DNA of 64,000 bases, taken from Eledone cirrhosa. Its lineage: Eukaryota. The stretch covers positions 26,350,001-26,414,000 of the forward strand of contig OZ024748.1 in the NCBI GenBank assembly GCA_964016885.1. The letters run 5' to 3'. Both the position numbers and the translations under genes were made by a program. A model generated the notes under the pieces. That model had not been told where the DNA came from and made no database searches. It saw only the letters and a program-made list of their open reading frames with translations. This document shows, piece after piece, positions 30,001 through 45,000 of the stretch (its first letter is position 1; the number at the start of each line of letters is the position of its first letter).

Positions 30001-33000
30001 AGATGAACTTACTAGTATTGAATATACAACTGAGACATCAACTGAAAAACCACTACCTATCAAGACACCTACAAGCACAGCAGAAAAGATCACTGAAACT
30101 ATAACAGACACAGCAGCAACAACATCACAGCTTCCTTCAACAAGTGAAATCCATATAGAAACTCCTAAATCTACTTCTGAACTGCCTCATATAACTGACA
30201 TTGAAACAAGTACAGTGGAAAGAACAACACAAATTACAGATCTTGAAACTGAACGCACAACTCAGACAGAAATTACACCACAACTAACAACATCTCCTGA
30301 AGAAACAACTCTGTCTACTCAGGTAGAGGACATCGAAAAGGTGACACCAACAAAAGTTGCTAGCACAATGCATACATCACCTGAAACAACAGTTGTTTCA
30401 TCTCCAGAACACACCTCTATAACACCTACAGATGAACTTACTAGTATTGAATATACAACTGAGACATCAACTGAAAAACCACTACCTATCAAGACACCTA
30501 CAAGCACAGCAGAAAAGATCACTGAAACTAGAACAGACACAACAGCAACGACATCACAGCTTCCTTTAACAAGTGAAATCCATATAGAAACTCCTAAATC
30601 TACTTCTGAACTGCCTCATATAACTGACATTGAAACAAGTACAGTGGAAAGAACAACACAAATTACAGATATTGAAACTGAACGCACAACTCAGACAGAA
30701 ATTACACCACAACTAACAACATCTCCTGAAGAAACAACTCTGTCTACTCAGGTAGAGGACATCGAAAAGGTGACACCAACACAAGTTGCTAGCACAATGC
30801 ATACATCACCTGAAACAACAGTTGTTTCATCTCCAGAACACACCTCTACAACACCTACAGATGAACTTAGTAGTATTGAATATAGAACTGAGACATCAAC
30901 TGAAAAATCACTACCTACAATAACACCTACAAGCACAGCAGAAAAGATCACTGAAACTATAACAGACACAACAGCAACAACATCACAGCTTCCTTCAACA
31001 AGTGAAATCCATATAGAAACTCCTAAATCTACTTCTGAACTGCCTCATATAACTGACATTGAAACAAGTACAGTGGAAAGAACAACACAAGTTACAGATA
31101 TTGAAACTGAGCGCACAACTCGGACAGAAATTACATCACAACAAACAACATCTCCTGAAGAAACAACACTGTCTACTCAGGTAGAGGACATCGTAAAGGT
31201 GACACCAACACAAGTTGCTAGCACAATGCATACATCACCTGAAACAACAGTTGTTTCATCTCCAGAACACACCTCTATAACACCTACAGATGAACTTACT
31301 AGTATTGAATATACAACTGAGACATCAACTGAAAAATCACTACCTACGATAACACCTACAAGCACAGCAGAAAAGATCACTGAAACTATAACAGACACAA
31401 CAGCAACAACATCACAGCTTCCTTCAACAAGTGAAATCCATATAGAAACTCCTAAATCTACTTCTGAAATGCCTCATATAACTGACATTGAAACAAGTAC
31501 AGTGGAAAGAACAACACAAGTTACAGATATTGAAACTGAGCGCACAACTCAGACAGAAATTACACCACAACAAACAACATCTCCTGAAGAAACAACACTG
31601 TCTACTCAGGTAGAGGACATCGTAAGGGTGACACCAACACAAGTTGCTAGCACGATGCATACATCACCTGAAACGACAGTTGTTTCATCTCCAGAACACA
31701 CCTCTATAACACCTACAGATGAACTTACTAGTATTGAATATACAACTGAGACATCAACTGAAAAACCACTACCTATCAAGACACCTACAAGCACAGCAGA
31801 AAAGATCACTGAAACTATAACAGACACAGCAGCAACAACGTCACAGCTTCCTTCAACAAGTGAAATCCATATAGAAACTCCTAAATCTAGTTCTGAACTG
31901 CCTCATATAACAGACATTGAAACAAGTACAATGGAAAGAACAACACAAATTACAGATCTTGAAACTGAACGCACAACTCAGACAGAAATTACACCACAAC
32001 TAACAACATCTCCTGAAGAAACAACTCTGTCTACTCAGGTAGAGGACATCGAAAAGGTGACACCAACCCAAGTTGCTAGCACAATGCATACATCACCTGA
32101 AACGACAGTTGTTTCATCTCCAGAACTCACCTCTATAACACCTACAGATGAACTGACTAGTATTGAATATACAACTGCGACATCAACTGAAAAACCACTA
32201 CCTATAAAGACACCTACAAGCACAGCTGAAAAGATCACTGAAACTATAACAGACACAACAGCAACAACATCACAGCTTCCTTCAACAAGTGAAATCCATA
32301 TAGAAACTCCTAAATCTACTTCTGAACTGCCTCATATAACAGACATTGAAACAAGTACAATGGAAAGAACAACACAAATTACAGATATTGAAACTGAACG
32401 CACAACTCAGACAGAAATTACACCACAACTAACAACATCTCCTGAAGAAACAACTCTGTCTACTCAGGTAGAGGACATCGAAAAGGTGACACCAACACAA
32501 GTTGCTAGCACAATGCATACATCACCTGAAACAACAGTTGTTTCATCTCCTGAACACACCTCTATAACACCTACAGATGAACTTACTAGTATTGAATATA
32601 GAACTGAGACATCAACTGAACAATCACTACCTACGATAACACCTACAAGCACAGCAGAAAAGATCACTGAAACCATAACAGACACAACAGCAACAACATC
32701 ACAGCTTCCTTCAACAAGTGAAATCCATATAGAAACTCCTAAATCTACTTCTGAACTGCCTCATTTAACTGACATTGAAACAAGTACAGTGGAAAGAACA
32801 ACACAAGTTACAGATATTGAAACTGAGCGCACAACTCAGACAGAAATTACACCACAACAAACAACATCTCCTGAAGAAACAACACTGTCTACTCAGGTAG
32901 AGGACATCATAAAGGTGACACCAACACAAGTTGCAAGCACAATGCATACATCACCTGAAACAACAGTTGTTTCATCTCCAGCACACACCTCTATAACACC

Positions 33001-36000
33001 TACAGATGAACTTACTAGTATTGAATATACAACTGAGACATCAACTGAAAAACCACTACCTATAAAGACACCTACAAGCACAGCTGAAAAGATCAATGAA
33101 ACTATAACAGACACAACAGCAACAACATCACAGCTTCCTTCAACAAGTGAAATCCATATAGAAACTCCTAAATCTACTTCTGAACTGCCTCATATAACAG
33201 ACATTGAAACAAGTACGATGGAAAGAACAACACAAATTACAGATATTGAAACTGAACGCACAACTCAGACAGAAATTACACCACAACTAACAACATCTCC
33301 TGAAGAAACAACTCTGTCTACTCAGGTAGAGGACATCGAAAAGGTGACACCAACACAAGTTGCTAGCACAATGCATACATCACCTGAAACAAAAGTTGTT
33401 TCATCTGAACACACCTCTATAACACCTACAGATGAACTTACTAGTATTGAATATAGAACTGAGACATCAACTGAAAAACCACTACCTATCAAGACACCTA
33501 CAAGCACAGCAGAAAAGATCACTGAAACTATAACAGACACAGCAGCAACAACATCACAGCTTCCTTCAACAAGTGAAATCCATATAGAAACTCCTAAATC
33601 TACTTCTGAACTGCCTCATATAACAGACATTGAAACAAGTACAATGGAAAGAACAACACAAATTACAGATCTTGAAACTGAACGCACAACTCAGACAGAA
33701 ATTACACCACAACTAACAACATCTCCTGAAGAAACAACTCTGTCTACTCAGGTAGAGGACATCGAAAAGGTGACACCAACACAAGTTGCTAGCACAATGC
33801 ATACATCACCTGAAACAACAGTTGTTTCATCTCCAGAACACACCTCTATAACACCTACAGATGAACTTACTAGTATTGAATATACAACTGAGACATCAAC
33901 TGAAAAATCACTACCTACGATAACACCTACAAGCACAGCAGAAAAGATCACTGAAACTAGAACAGACACAACACCAACAACATCACAGCTTCCTTCAACA
34001 AGTGAAATCCATATAGAAACTCCTAAATCTACTTCTGAACTGCCTCATATAACTGACATTGAAACAAGTACAGTGGAAAGAACAACACAAGTTACAGATA
34101 TTGAAACTGAGCGCACAACTCAGACAGAAATTACACCACAACAAACAACATCTCCTGAAGAAACAACACTGTCTACTCAGGTAGAGGACATCGTAAAGGT
34201 GACACCAACACAAGTTGCTAGCACAATGCATACATCACCTGAAACAACAGTTGTTTCATCTCCAGAACACACCTCTATAACACCTACAGATGAACTTACT
34301 AGTATTGAATATACAACTGAGACATCAACTGAAAAACCACTACCTATAAAGACACCTACAAGCACAGCAGAAAAGATCACTGAAACTAGAACAGACACAA
34401 CAGCAACAACATCACAGCTTCCTTCAACAAGTGAAATCCATATAGAAACTCCTAAATCTACTTCTGAACTGCCTCATATAACTGACATTGAAACAAGTAC
34501 AGTGGAAAGAACAACACAAATTACAGATATTGAAATTGAACGCACAACTCAGACAGAAATTACACCACAACTAACAACATCTCCTGAAGAAACAACTCTG
34601 TCTACTCAGGTAGAGGACATCGAAAAGGTGACACCAACACAAGTTGCTAGCACAATGCATATATCACCTGAAACGACAGTTGTTTCATCTCCAGAACTCA
34701 CCTCTATAACACCTACAGATGAAATTACTAGTATTGAATATACAACTGCGACATCAACTGAAAAACCACTACCTATAAAGACACCTACAAGCACAGCTAA
34801 AAATATCACTGAAACTATAACAGACACAACAGCAACAACATCACAGCTTCCTTCAACAAGTGAAATCCATATAGAAACTCCTAAATCTACTTCTGAACTG
34901 CCTCATATAACTGACATTGAAACAAGTACAGTGGAAAGAACAACACAAATTACAGATATTGAAACTGAACGCACAACTCAGACAGAAATTACACCACAAC
35001 TAACAACATCTCCTGAAGAAACAACTCTGTCTACTCAGATAGAGGACATCGAAAGGGTGACACCAACACAAGTTGCTAGCACAATGCATACATCACCTGA
35101 AACAACAGCTGTTTTATCTCCAGAACACACCTCTATAACACCTACAGATGAACTTACTAGTATTGAATATACAACTGTGACATCAACTGAAACACCACTA
35201 CCTATAAGGACACCTACAAGCACAGCTGAAAAGATCACTGAAACTATAACAGACACAACAGCAACAACATCACAGCTTCCTTCAACAAGTGAAATCCATA
35301 TAGAAACTCCTAAATCTACTTCTGAACTGCCTCATATAACTGACATTGAAACAAGTACAGTGGAAAGAACAACACAAGTTACAGATATTGAAACTGAGCG
35401 CACAACTCAGACAGAAATTACACCACAACAAACAACATCTCCTGAAGAAACAACACTGTCTACTCAGGTAGAGGACATCGTAAGGGTGACACCAACACAA
35501 GTTGCTAGCACGATGCATACATCACCTGAAACGACAGTTGTTTCATCTCCAGAACACACCTCTATAACACCTACAAGCACAGCAGAAAAGATCACTGAAA
35601 CTATAACAGACACAGCAGCAACAACATCACAGCTTCCTTCAACAAGTGAAATCCATATAGAAACTCCTAAATCTACTTCTGAACTGCCTCATATAACAGA
35701 CATTGAAACAAGTACAATGGAAAGAACAACACAAATTACAGATCTTGAAACTGAACGCACAACTCAGACAGAAATTACACCACAACAAACAACATCTCCT
35801 GAAGAAACAACACTGTCTACTCAGGTAGAGGACATCGTAAAGGTGACACCAACACAAGTTGCTAGCACAATGCATACATCACCTGAAACGACAGTTGTTT
35901 CATCTCCAGAACACACCTCTATAACACCTACAGATGAACTTACTAGTATTGAATATAGAACTGAGACATCAACTGAAAAATCACTACCTATGTTAACACC

Positions 36001-39000
36001 TACAAGCACAGCAGAAAAGATCACTGAAACCATAACAGACACAACATCAACAACATCACAGCTTCCTTCAACAAGTGAAATCCATATAGAAACTCCTAAA
36101 TCTACTTCTGAACTGCCTCATATAACAGACATTGAAACAAGTACAATGGAAAGAACAACACAAATTACAGATGTTGAAACTGAACGCACAACTCAGACAG
36201 AAATTACACCACAACGAACAACATCTCCTGAAGAAACAACTCTGTCTACTCAGGTAGAGGACATCGAAAGGGTGACACCAACACAAGTTGCTAGCACAAT
36301 GCATACATCACCTGAGACAACAGTTGTTTCATCTCCTGAACACACCTCTATAACACCTACAGATGAACTTACTAGTATTGGATATAGAACTGAGACATCA
36401 ACTGAAAAATCACTACCTACGATAACACCTACAAGCACAGCAGAAAAGATCACTGAAACTATAACAGACACAACAGCAACAACATCACAGCTTCCTTCAA
36501 CAAGTGAAATCCATATAGAAACTCCTAAATCTACTTCTGAACTGCCTCATATAACTGACATTGAAACAAGTACAGTGGAAAGAACAACACAAGTTACAGA
36601 TATTGAAACTGAGCGCACAACTCAGACAGAAATTACACCACAACAAACAACATCTCCTGAAGGAACAACACTGTCTACTCAGGTAGAGGACATCGTAAAG
36701 GTGACACCAACACAAGTTGCTAGCACAATGCATACATCACCTGAAACGACAGTTGTTTCATCTCCAGAACACACCTCTATAACACCTACACATGAACTTA
36801 CTAGTATTGAATATACAACTGAGACATCAACTGAAAAACCACTACCTATCAAGACACCTACAAGCACAGCAGAAAAGATCACTGAAACTAGAACAGACAC
36901 AACAGCAACAACATCACAGCTTCCTTCAACAAGTGAAATCCATATAGAAACTCCTAAATCTACTTCTGAACTGCCTCATATAACTGACATTGAAACAAGT
37001 ACAGTGGAAAGAACAACACAAATTACAGATATTGAAACTGAACGCACAACTCAGACAGAAATTACACCACAACAAACAACATCTGAAGAAACAACACTGT
37101 CTACTCAGGTAGAGGACATCGTAAAGGTGACACCAACACAAGTTGCTAGCACAATGCATACATCACCTGAAACAACAGTTGTTTCATCTCCAGAAATCAC
37201 CTCTATAACACCTACAGATGAACTTACTAGTATTGAATATACAACTGTGACATCAACTGAAAAACCACTACCTATAAAGACACCTACAAGCACAGCTGAA
37301 AAGATCACTGAAACTATAACAGACACAACAGCAAGAACATCACAGCTTCCTTCAACAAGTGAAATCCATATAGAAACTCCTAAATCTACTTCTGAACTGC
37401 CTCATATAACAGACGTTGAAACAAGTACAATGGAAAGAACAACACAAATTACAGATATTGAAACTGAACGCACAACTCAGACAGAAATTACACCACAACT
37501 AACAACATCTCCTGAAGAAACAACTCTGTTTACTCAGGTAGAGGACATTGAAAAGGTGACACCACCACAAGTTGCTAGCACAATGCATACATCACCTGAA
37601 ACAACAGTTGTTTCGTCTCCAGACCACACCTCTATAACACCTACACATGAACTTACTAGTATTGAATATACAACTGAGACATCAACTGAAAAACCACTAC
37701 CTATAAAGACACCTACAAGCACAGCAGAAAAGATCACTGAAACTAGAACAGACACAACAGCAACAACATCACAGCTTCCTTCAACAAGTGAAATCCATAT
37801 AGAAACTCCTAAATCTACTTCTGAACTGCCTCATATAACTGACATTGAAACAAGTACAGTGGAAAGAACAACACAAATTACAGATATTGAAACTGAACGC
37901 ACAACTCAGACAGAAATTACACCACAACTAACAACATCTCCTGAAGAAACAACTCTGTCTACTCAGGTAGAGGACATCGAAAGGGTGACACCAACACAAG
38001 TTGCTAGCACAATGCATACATCACCTGAAACAACAGTTGTTTCATCTCCAGAATACACCTCTATAACACCTACAGATGAACTTACTAGTATTGAATATAC
38101 AACTGAGACATCAACTGAAAAACCACTACCTATAAAGACACCTACAAGCACAGCTGAAAAGATCACTGAAACTATAACAGACACAACAGCAACAACAACA
38201 CAGCTTCCTTCAACAAGTGAAATCCATATAGAAACTCCTAAATCTACTTCTGAACTGCCTCATATAACTGACATTGAAACAAGTACAGTGGAAAGAACAA
38301 CACAAATTACAGATATTGAAACTGAACGCACAACTCAGACAGAAATTACACCACAACTAACGACATCTCCTGAAGAAACAACTCTGTCTACTGAGGTAGA
38401 GGACATCGAAAAGGTGACACCAACACAAGTTGCTAGCACAATGCATACATCACCTGAAACGACAGTTGTTTCATCTCCAGAACACACCTCTATAACACCT
38501 ACAGATGAACTTACTAGTATTGAATATACAACTGAGACATCAACTGAAAAACCACTACCTATAAAGACACCTACAAGCACAGCTGAAAAGATCACTGAAA
38601 CTATAACAGACACAACAGCAACAACAACACAGCTTCCTTCAACAAGTGAAATCCATATAGAAACTCCTAAATCTACTTCTGAACTGCCTCATATAACTGA
38701 CATTGAAACAAGTACAGTGGAAAGAACAACACAAATTACAGATATTGAAACTGAACGCACAACTCAGACAGAAATTACACCACAACTAACGACATCTCCT
38801 GAAGAAACAACTCTGTCTACTGAGGTAGAGGACATCGAAAAGGTGACACCAACACAAGTTGCTAGCACAATGCATACATCACCTGAAACGACAGTTGTTT
38901 CATCTCCAGAACACACCTCTATAACACCTACAGATGAACTTACTAGTATTGAATATACAACTGAGACATCAACTGAAAAACCACTACCTATCAAGACACC

Positions 39001-42000
39001 TACAAGCACAGCAGAAAAGATCACTGAAACTAGTACAGACACAACAGCAACAACATCACAGCTTCCTTCAACAAGTGAAATCCATATAGAAACTCCTAAA
39101 TCTACTTCTGAACTGCCTCATATAACAGACATTGAAACAAGTACGATGGAAAGAACAACACAAATTACAGATATTGAAACTGAACGCACAACTCAGACAG
39201 AAATTACACCACAACTAACAACATCTCCTGAAGAAACCACTCTGTTTACTCAGGTAGAGGACATTGAAAAGGTGACACCACCACAAGTTGCTAGCACAAT
39301 GCATACATCACCTGAAACAACAGTTGTTTCGTCTCCAGAACACACCTCTATAACACCTACACATGAACTTACTAGTATTGAATATACAACTGAGACATCA
39401 ACTGAAAAACCACTACCTATAAAGACACCTACAAGCACAGCAGAAAAGATCACTGAAACTAGAACAGACACAACAGCAACAACATCACAGCTTCCTTCAA
39501 CAAGTGAAATCCATATAGAAACTCCTAAATCTACTTCTGAACTGCCTCATATAACTGACATTGAAACAAGTACAGTGGAAAGAACAACACAAATTACAGA
39601 TATTGAAACTGAACGCACAACTCAGACAGAAATTACACCACAACTAACAACATCTCCTGAAGAAACAACTCTGTCTACTCAGGTAGAGGACATCGAAAGG
39701 GTGACACCAACACAAGTTGCTAGCACAATGCATACATCACCTGAAACAACAGTTGTTTCATCTCCAGAATACACCTCTATAACACCTACAGATGAACTTA
39801 CTAGTATTGAATATACAACTGAGACATCAACTGAAAAACCACTACCTATAAAGACACCTACAAGCACAGCTGAAAAGATCACTGAAACTATAACAGACAC
39901 AACAGCAACAACAACACAGCTTCCTTCAACAAGTGAAATCCATATAGAAACTCCTAAATCTACTTCTGAACTGCCTCATATAACTGACATTGAAACAAGT
40001 ACAGTGGAAAGAACAACACAAATTACAGATATTGAAACTGAACGCACAACTCAGACAGAAATTACACCACAACTAACGACATCTCCTGAAGAAACAACTC
40101 TGTCTACTGAGGTAGAGGACATCGAAAAGGTGACACCAACACAAGTTGCTAGCACAATGCATACATCACCTGAAACGACAGTTGTTTCATCTCCAGAACA
40201 CACCTCTATAACACCTACAGATGAACTTACTAGTATTGAATATACAACTGAGACATCAACTGAAAAACCACTACCTATCAAGACACCTACAAGCACAGCA
40301 GAAAAGATCACTGAAACTAGAACAGACACAACAGCAACAACATCACAGCTTCCTTCAACAAGTGAAATCCATATAGAAACTCCTAAATCTACTTCTGAAC
40401 TGCCTCATATAACTGACATTGAAACAAGTACAGTGGAAAGAACAACACAAATTACAGATATTGAAACTGAACGCACAACTCAGACAGAAATTACACCACA
40501 ACTAACAACATCTCCTGAAGAAACAACGCTGTCTACTCAGGTAGAGGACATCGAAAGGGTGACACCAACACAAGTTGCTAGCACAATGCATACATCACCT
40601 GAAAGAAAAGTTGTTTCATCTCCTGAACACACCTCTATAACACCTACAGATGAACTTACTAGTATTGAATATACAACTGTGACATCAACTGAAAAACCAC
40701 TACCTATAAAGACACCTACAAGCACAGCTGAAAAGATCACTGAAACTATAACAGACACAACAGCAAGAACATCACAGCTTCCTTCAACAAGTGAAATCCA
40801 TATAGAAACTCCTAAATCTACTTCTGAACTGCCTCATATAACTGACATTGAAACAAGTACAATGGAAAGAACAACACAAGTTACAGATATTGAAACTGAA
40901 CACACAACACAGACAGAAATTACACCACAACTAACAACATCTCCTGAAGAAACAACTCTGTCTACTCAGGTAGAGGACATTGAAAAGGTGACACCAACAC
41001 AAGTTGCTAGCACAATGCATACATCACCTAAAACAACAGTTGTTTCGTCTCCAGAACACACCTCTATAACACCTACAGATGAACTTACTAGTATTGAATA
41101 TACAACTGAGACATCAACTGAAAAACCATTACCTATAAAGACACCTACAAGCACAGCTGAAAAGATCACTGAAACTATAATAGACACAACAGCAACAACG
41201 TCACAGCTTCCTTCAACAAGTGAAATCCATATAGAAACTCCTAAATCTACTTCTGAACTGCCTCATATAACTGACATTGAAACAAGTACAGTGGAAAGAA
41301 CAACACAAGTTACAGATATTGAAACTGAGCGCACAACTCAGACAGAAATTACACCACAACAAACAACATCTGAAGAAACAACACTGTCTACTCAGGTAGA
41401 GGACATTGTAAAGGTGACACCAACACAAGTTGCTAGCACAATGCATACATCACCTGAAACAACAGTTGTTTCATCTCCAGAAATCACCTCTATAACACCT
41501 ACAGATGAACTTACTAGTATTGAATATACAACTGTGACATCAACTGAAAAACCACTACCTATAAAGACACCTACAAGCACAGCTGAAAAGATCACTGAAA
41601 CTATAACAGACACAACAGCAAGAACATCACAGCTTCCTTCAACAAGTGAAATCCATATAGAAACTCCTAAATCTACTTCTGAACTGCCTCATATAACAGA
41701 CATTGAAACAAGTACAATGGAAAGAACAACACAAATTACAGATATTGAAACTGAACGCACAACTCAGACAGAAATTACACCACAACTAACAACATCTCCT
41801 GAAGAAACAACTCTGTTTACTCAGGTAGAGGACATTGAAAAGGTGACACCAACACAAGTTGCTAGCACAATGCATACATCACCTGAAACAACAGTCGTTT
41901 CGTCTCCAGAACACACCTCTATAACACCTACACATGAACTTACTAGTATTGAATATACAACTGAGACATCAACTGAAAAACCACTACCTATAAAGACACC

Positions 42001-45000
42001 TACAAGCACAGCAGAAAAGATCACTGAAACTAGAACAGACAGAACAGCAACAACATCACAGCTTCCTTCAACAAGTGAAATCCATATAGAAACTCCTAAA
42101 TCTACTTCTGAACTGCCTCATATAACAGACATTGAAACAAGTACAATGGAAAGAACAACACAAATTACAGATATTGAAACTGAACGCACAACTCAGACAG
42201 AAATTACACCACAACTAACAACATCTCCTGAAGAAACAACTCTGTTTACTCAGGTAGAGGACATTGAAAAGGTGACACCACCACAAGTTGCTAGCACAAT
42301 GCATACATCACCTGAAACAACAGTTGTTTCGTCTCCAGAACACACCTCTATAACACCTACACATGAACTTACTAGTATTGAATATACAACTGAGACATCA
42401 ACTGAAAAACCACTACCTATAAAGACACCTACAAGCACAGCAGAAAAGATCACTGAAACTAGAACAGACACAACAGCAACAACATCACAGCTTCCTTCAA
42501 CAAGTGAAATCCATATAGAAACTCCTAAATCTACTTCTGAACTGCCTCATATAACTGACATTGAAACAAGTACAGTGGAAAGAACAACACAAATTACAGA
42601 TATTGAAACTGAACGCACAACTCAGACAGAAATTACACCACAACTAACAACATCTCCTGAAGAAACAACTCTGTCTACTCAGGTAGAGGACATCGAAAGG
42701 GTGACACCAACACAAGTTGCTAGCACAATGCATACATCACCTGAAACAACAGTTGTTTCATCTCCAGAATACACCTCTATAACACCTACAGATGAACTTA
42801 CTAGTATTGAATATACAACTGAGACATCAACTGAAAAACCACTACCTATAAAGACACCTACAAGCACAGCTGAAAAGATCACTGAAACTATAACAGACAC
42901 AACAGCAACAACAACACAGCTTCCTTCAACAAGTGAAATCCATATAGAAACTCCTAAATCTACTTCTGAACTGCCTCATATAACTGACATTGAAACAAGT
43001 ACAGTGGAAAGAACAACACAAATTACAGATATTGAAACTGAACGCACAACTCAGACAGAAATTACACCACAACTAACGACATCTCCTGAAGAAACAACTC
43101 TGTCTACTGAGGTAGAGGACATCGAAAAGGTGACACCAACACAAGTTGCTAGCACAATGCATACATCACCTGAAACGACAGTTGTTTCATCTCCAGAACA
43201 CACCTCTATAACACCTACAGATGAACTTACTAGTATTGAATATACAACTGAGACATCAACTGAAAAACCACTACCTATAAAGACACCTACAAGCACAGCT
43301 GAAAAGATCACTGAAACTATAACAGACACAACAGCAACAACAACACAGCTTCCTTCAACAAGTGAAATCCATATAGAAACTCCTAAATCTACTTCTGAAC
43401 TGCCTCATATAACTGACATTGAAACAAGTACAGTGGAAAGAACAACACAAATTACAGATATTGAAACTGAACGCACAACTCAGACAGAAATTACACCACA
43501 ACTAACGACATCTCCTGAAGAAACAACTCTGTCTACTGAGGTAGAGGACATCGAAAAGGTGACACCAACACAAGTTGCTAGCACAATGCATACATCACCT
43601 GAAACGACAGTTGTTTCATCTCCAGAACACACCTCTATAACACCTACAGATGAACTTACTAGTATTGAATATACAACTGAGACATCAACTGAAAAACCAC
43701 TACCTATCAAGACACCTACAAGCACAGCAGAAAAGATCACTGAAACTAGAACAGACACAACAGCAACAACATCACAGCTTCCTTCAACAAGTGAAATCCA
43801 TATAGAAACTCCTAAATCTACTTCTGAACTGCCTCATATAACTGACATTGAAACAAGTACAGTGGAAAGAACAACACAAATTACAGATATTGAAACTGAA
43901 CGCACAACTCAGACAGAAATTACACCACAACTAACAACATCTCCTGAAGAAACAACGCTGTCTACTCAGGTAGAGGACATCGAAAGGGTGACACCAACAC
44001 AAGTTGCTAGCACAATGCATACATCACCTGAAAGAAAAGTTGTTTCATCTCCTGAACACACCTCTATAACACCTACAGATGAACTTACTAGTATTGAATA
44101 TACAACTGTGACATCAACTGAAAAACCACTACCTATAAAGACACCTACAAGCACAGCTGAAAAGATCACTGAAACCATAACAGACACAACAGCAAGAACA
44201 TCACAGCTTCCTTCAACAAGTGAAATCCATATAGAAACTCCTAAATCTACTTCTGAACTGCCTCATATAACAGACATTGAAACAAGTACAATGGAAAGAA
44301 CAACACAAATTACAGATATTGAAACTGAACGCACAACTCAGACAGAAATTACACCACAACTAACAACATCTCCTGAAGAAACAACTCTGTTTACTCAGGT
44401 AGAGGACATTGAAAAGGTGACACCACCACAAGTTGCTAGCACAATGCATACATCACCTGAAACAACAGTTGTTTCGTCTCCAGAACACACCTCTATAACA
44501 CCTACACATGAACTTACTAGTATTGAATATACAACTGAGACATCAACTGAAAAACCACTACCTATAAAGACACCTACAAGCACAGCAGAAAAGATCACTG
44601 AAACTAGAACAGACACAACAGCAACAACATCACAGCTTCCTTCAACAAGTGAAATCCATATAGAAACTCCTAAATCTACTTCTGAACTGCCTCATATAAC
44701 TGACATTGAAACAAGTACAGTGGAAAGAACAACACAAATTACAGATATTGAAACTGAACGCACAACTCAGACAGAAATTACACCACAACTAACAACATCT
44801 CCTGAAGAAACAACTCTGTCTACTCAGGTAGAGGACATCGAAAGGGTGACACCAACACAAGTTGCTAGCACAATGCATACATCACCTGAAACAACAGTTG
44901 TTTCATCTCCAGAATACACCTCTATAACACCTACAGATGAACTTACTAGTATTGAATATACAACTGAGACATCAACTGAAAAACCACTACCTATAAAGAC

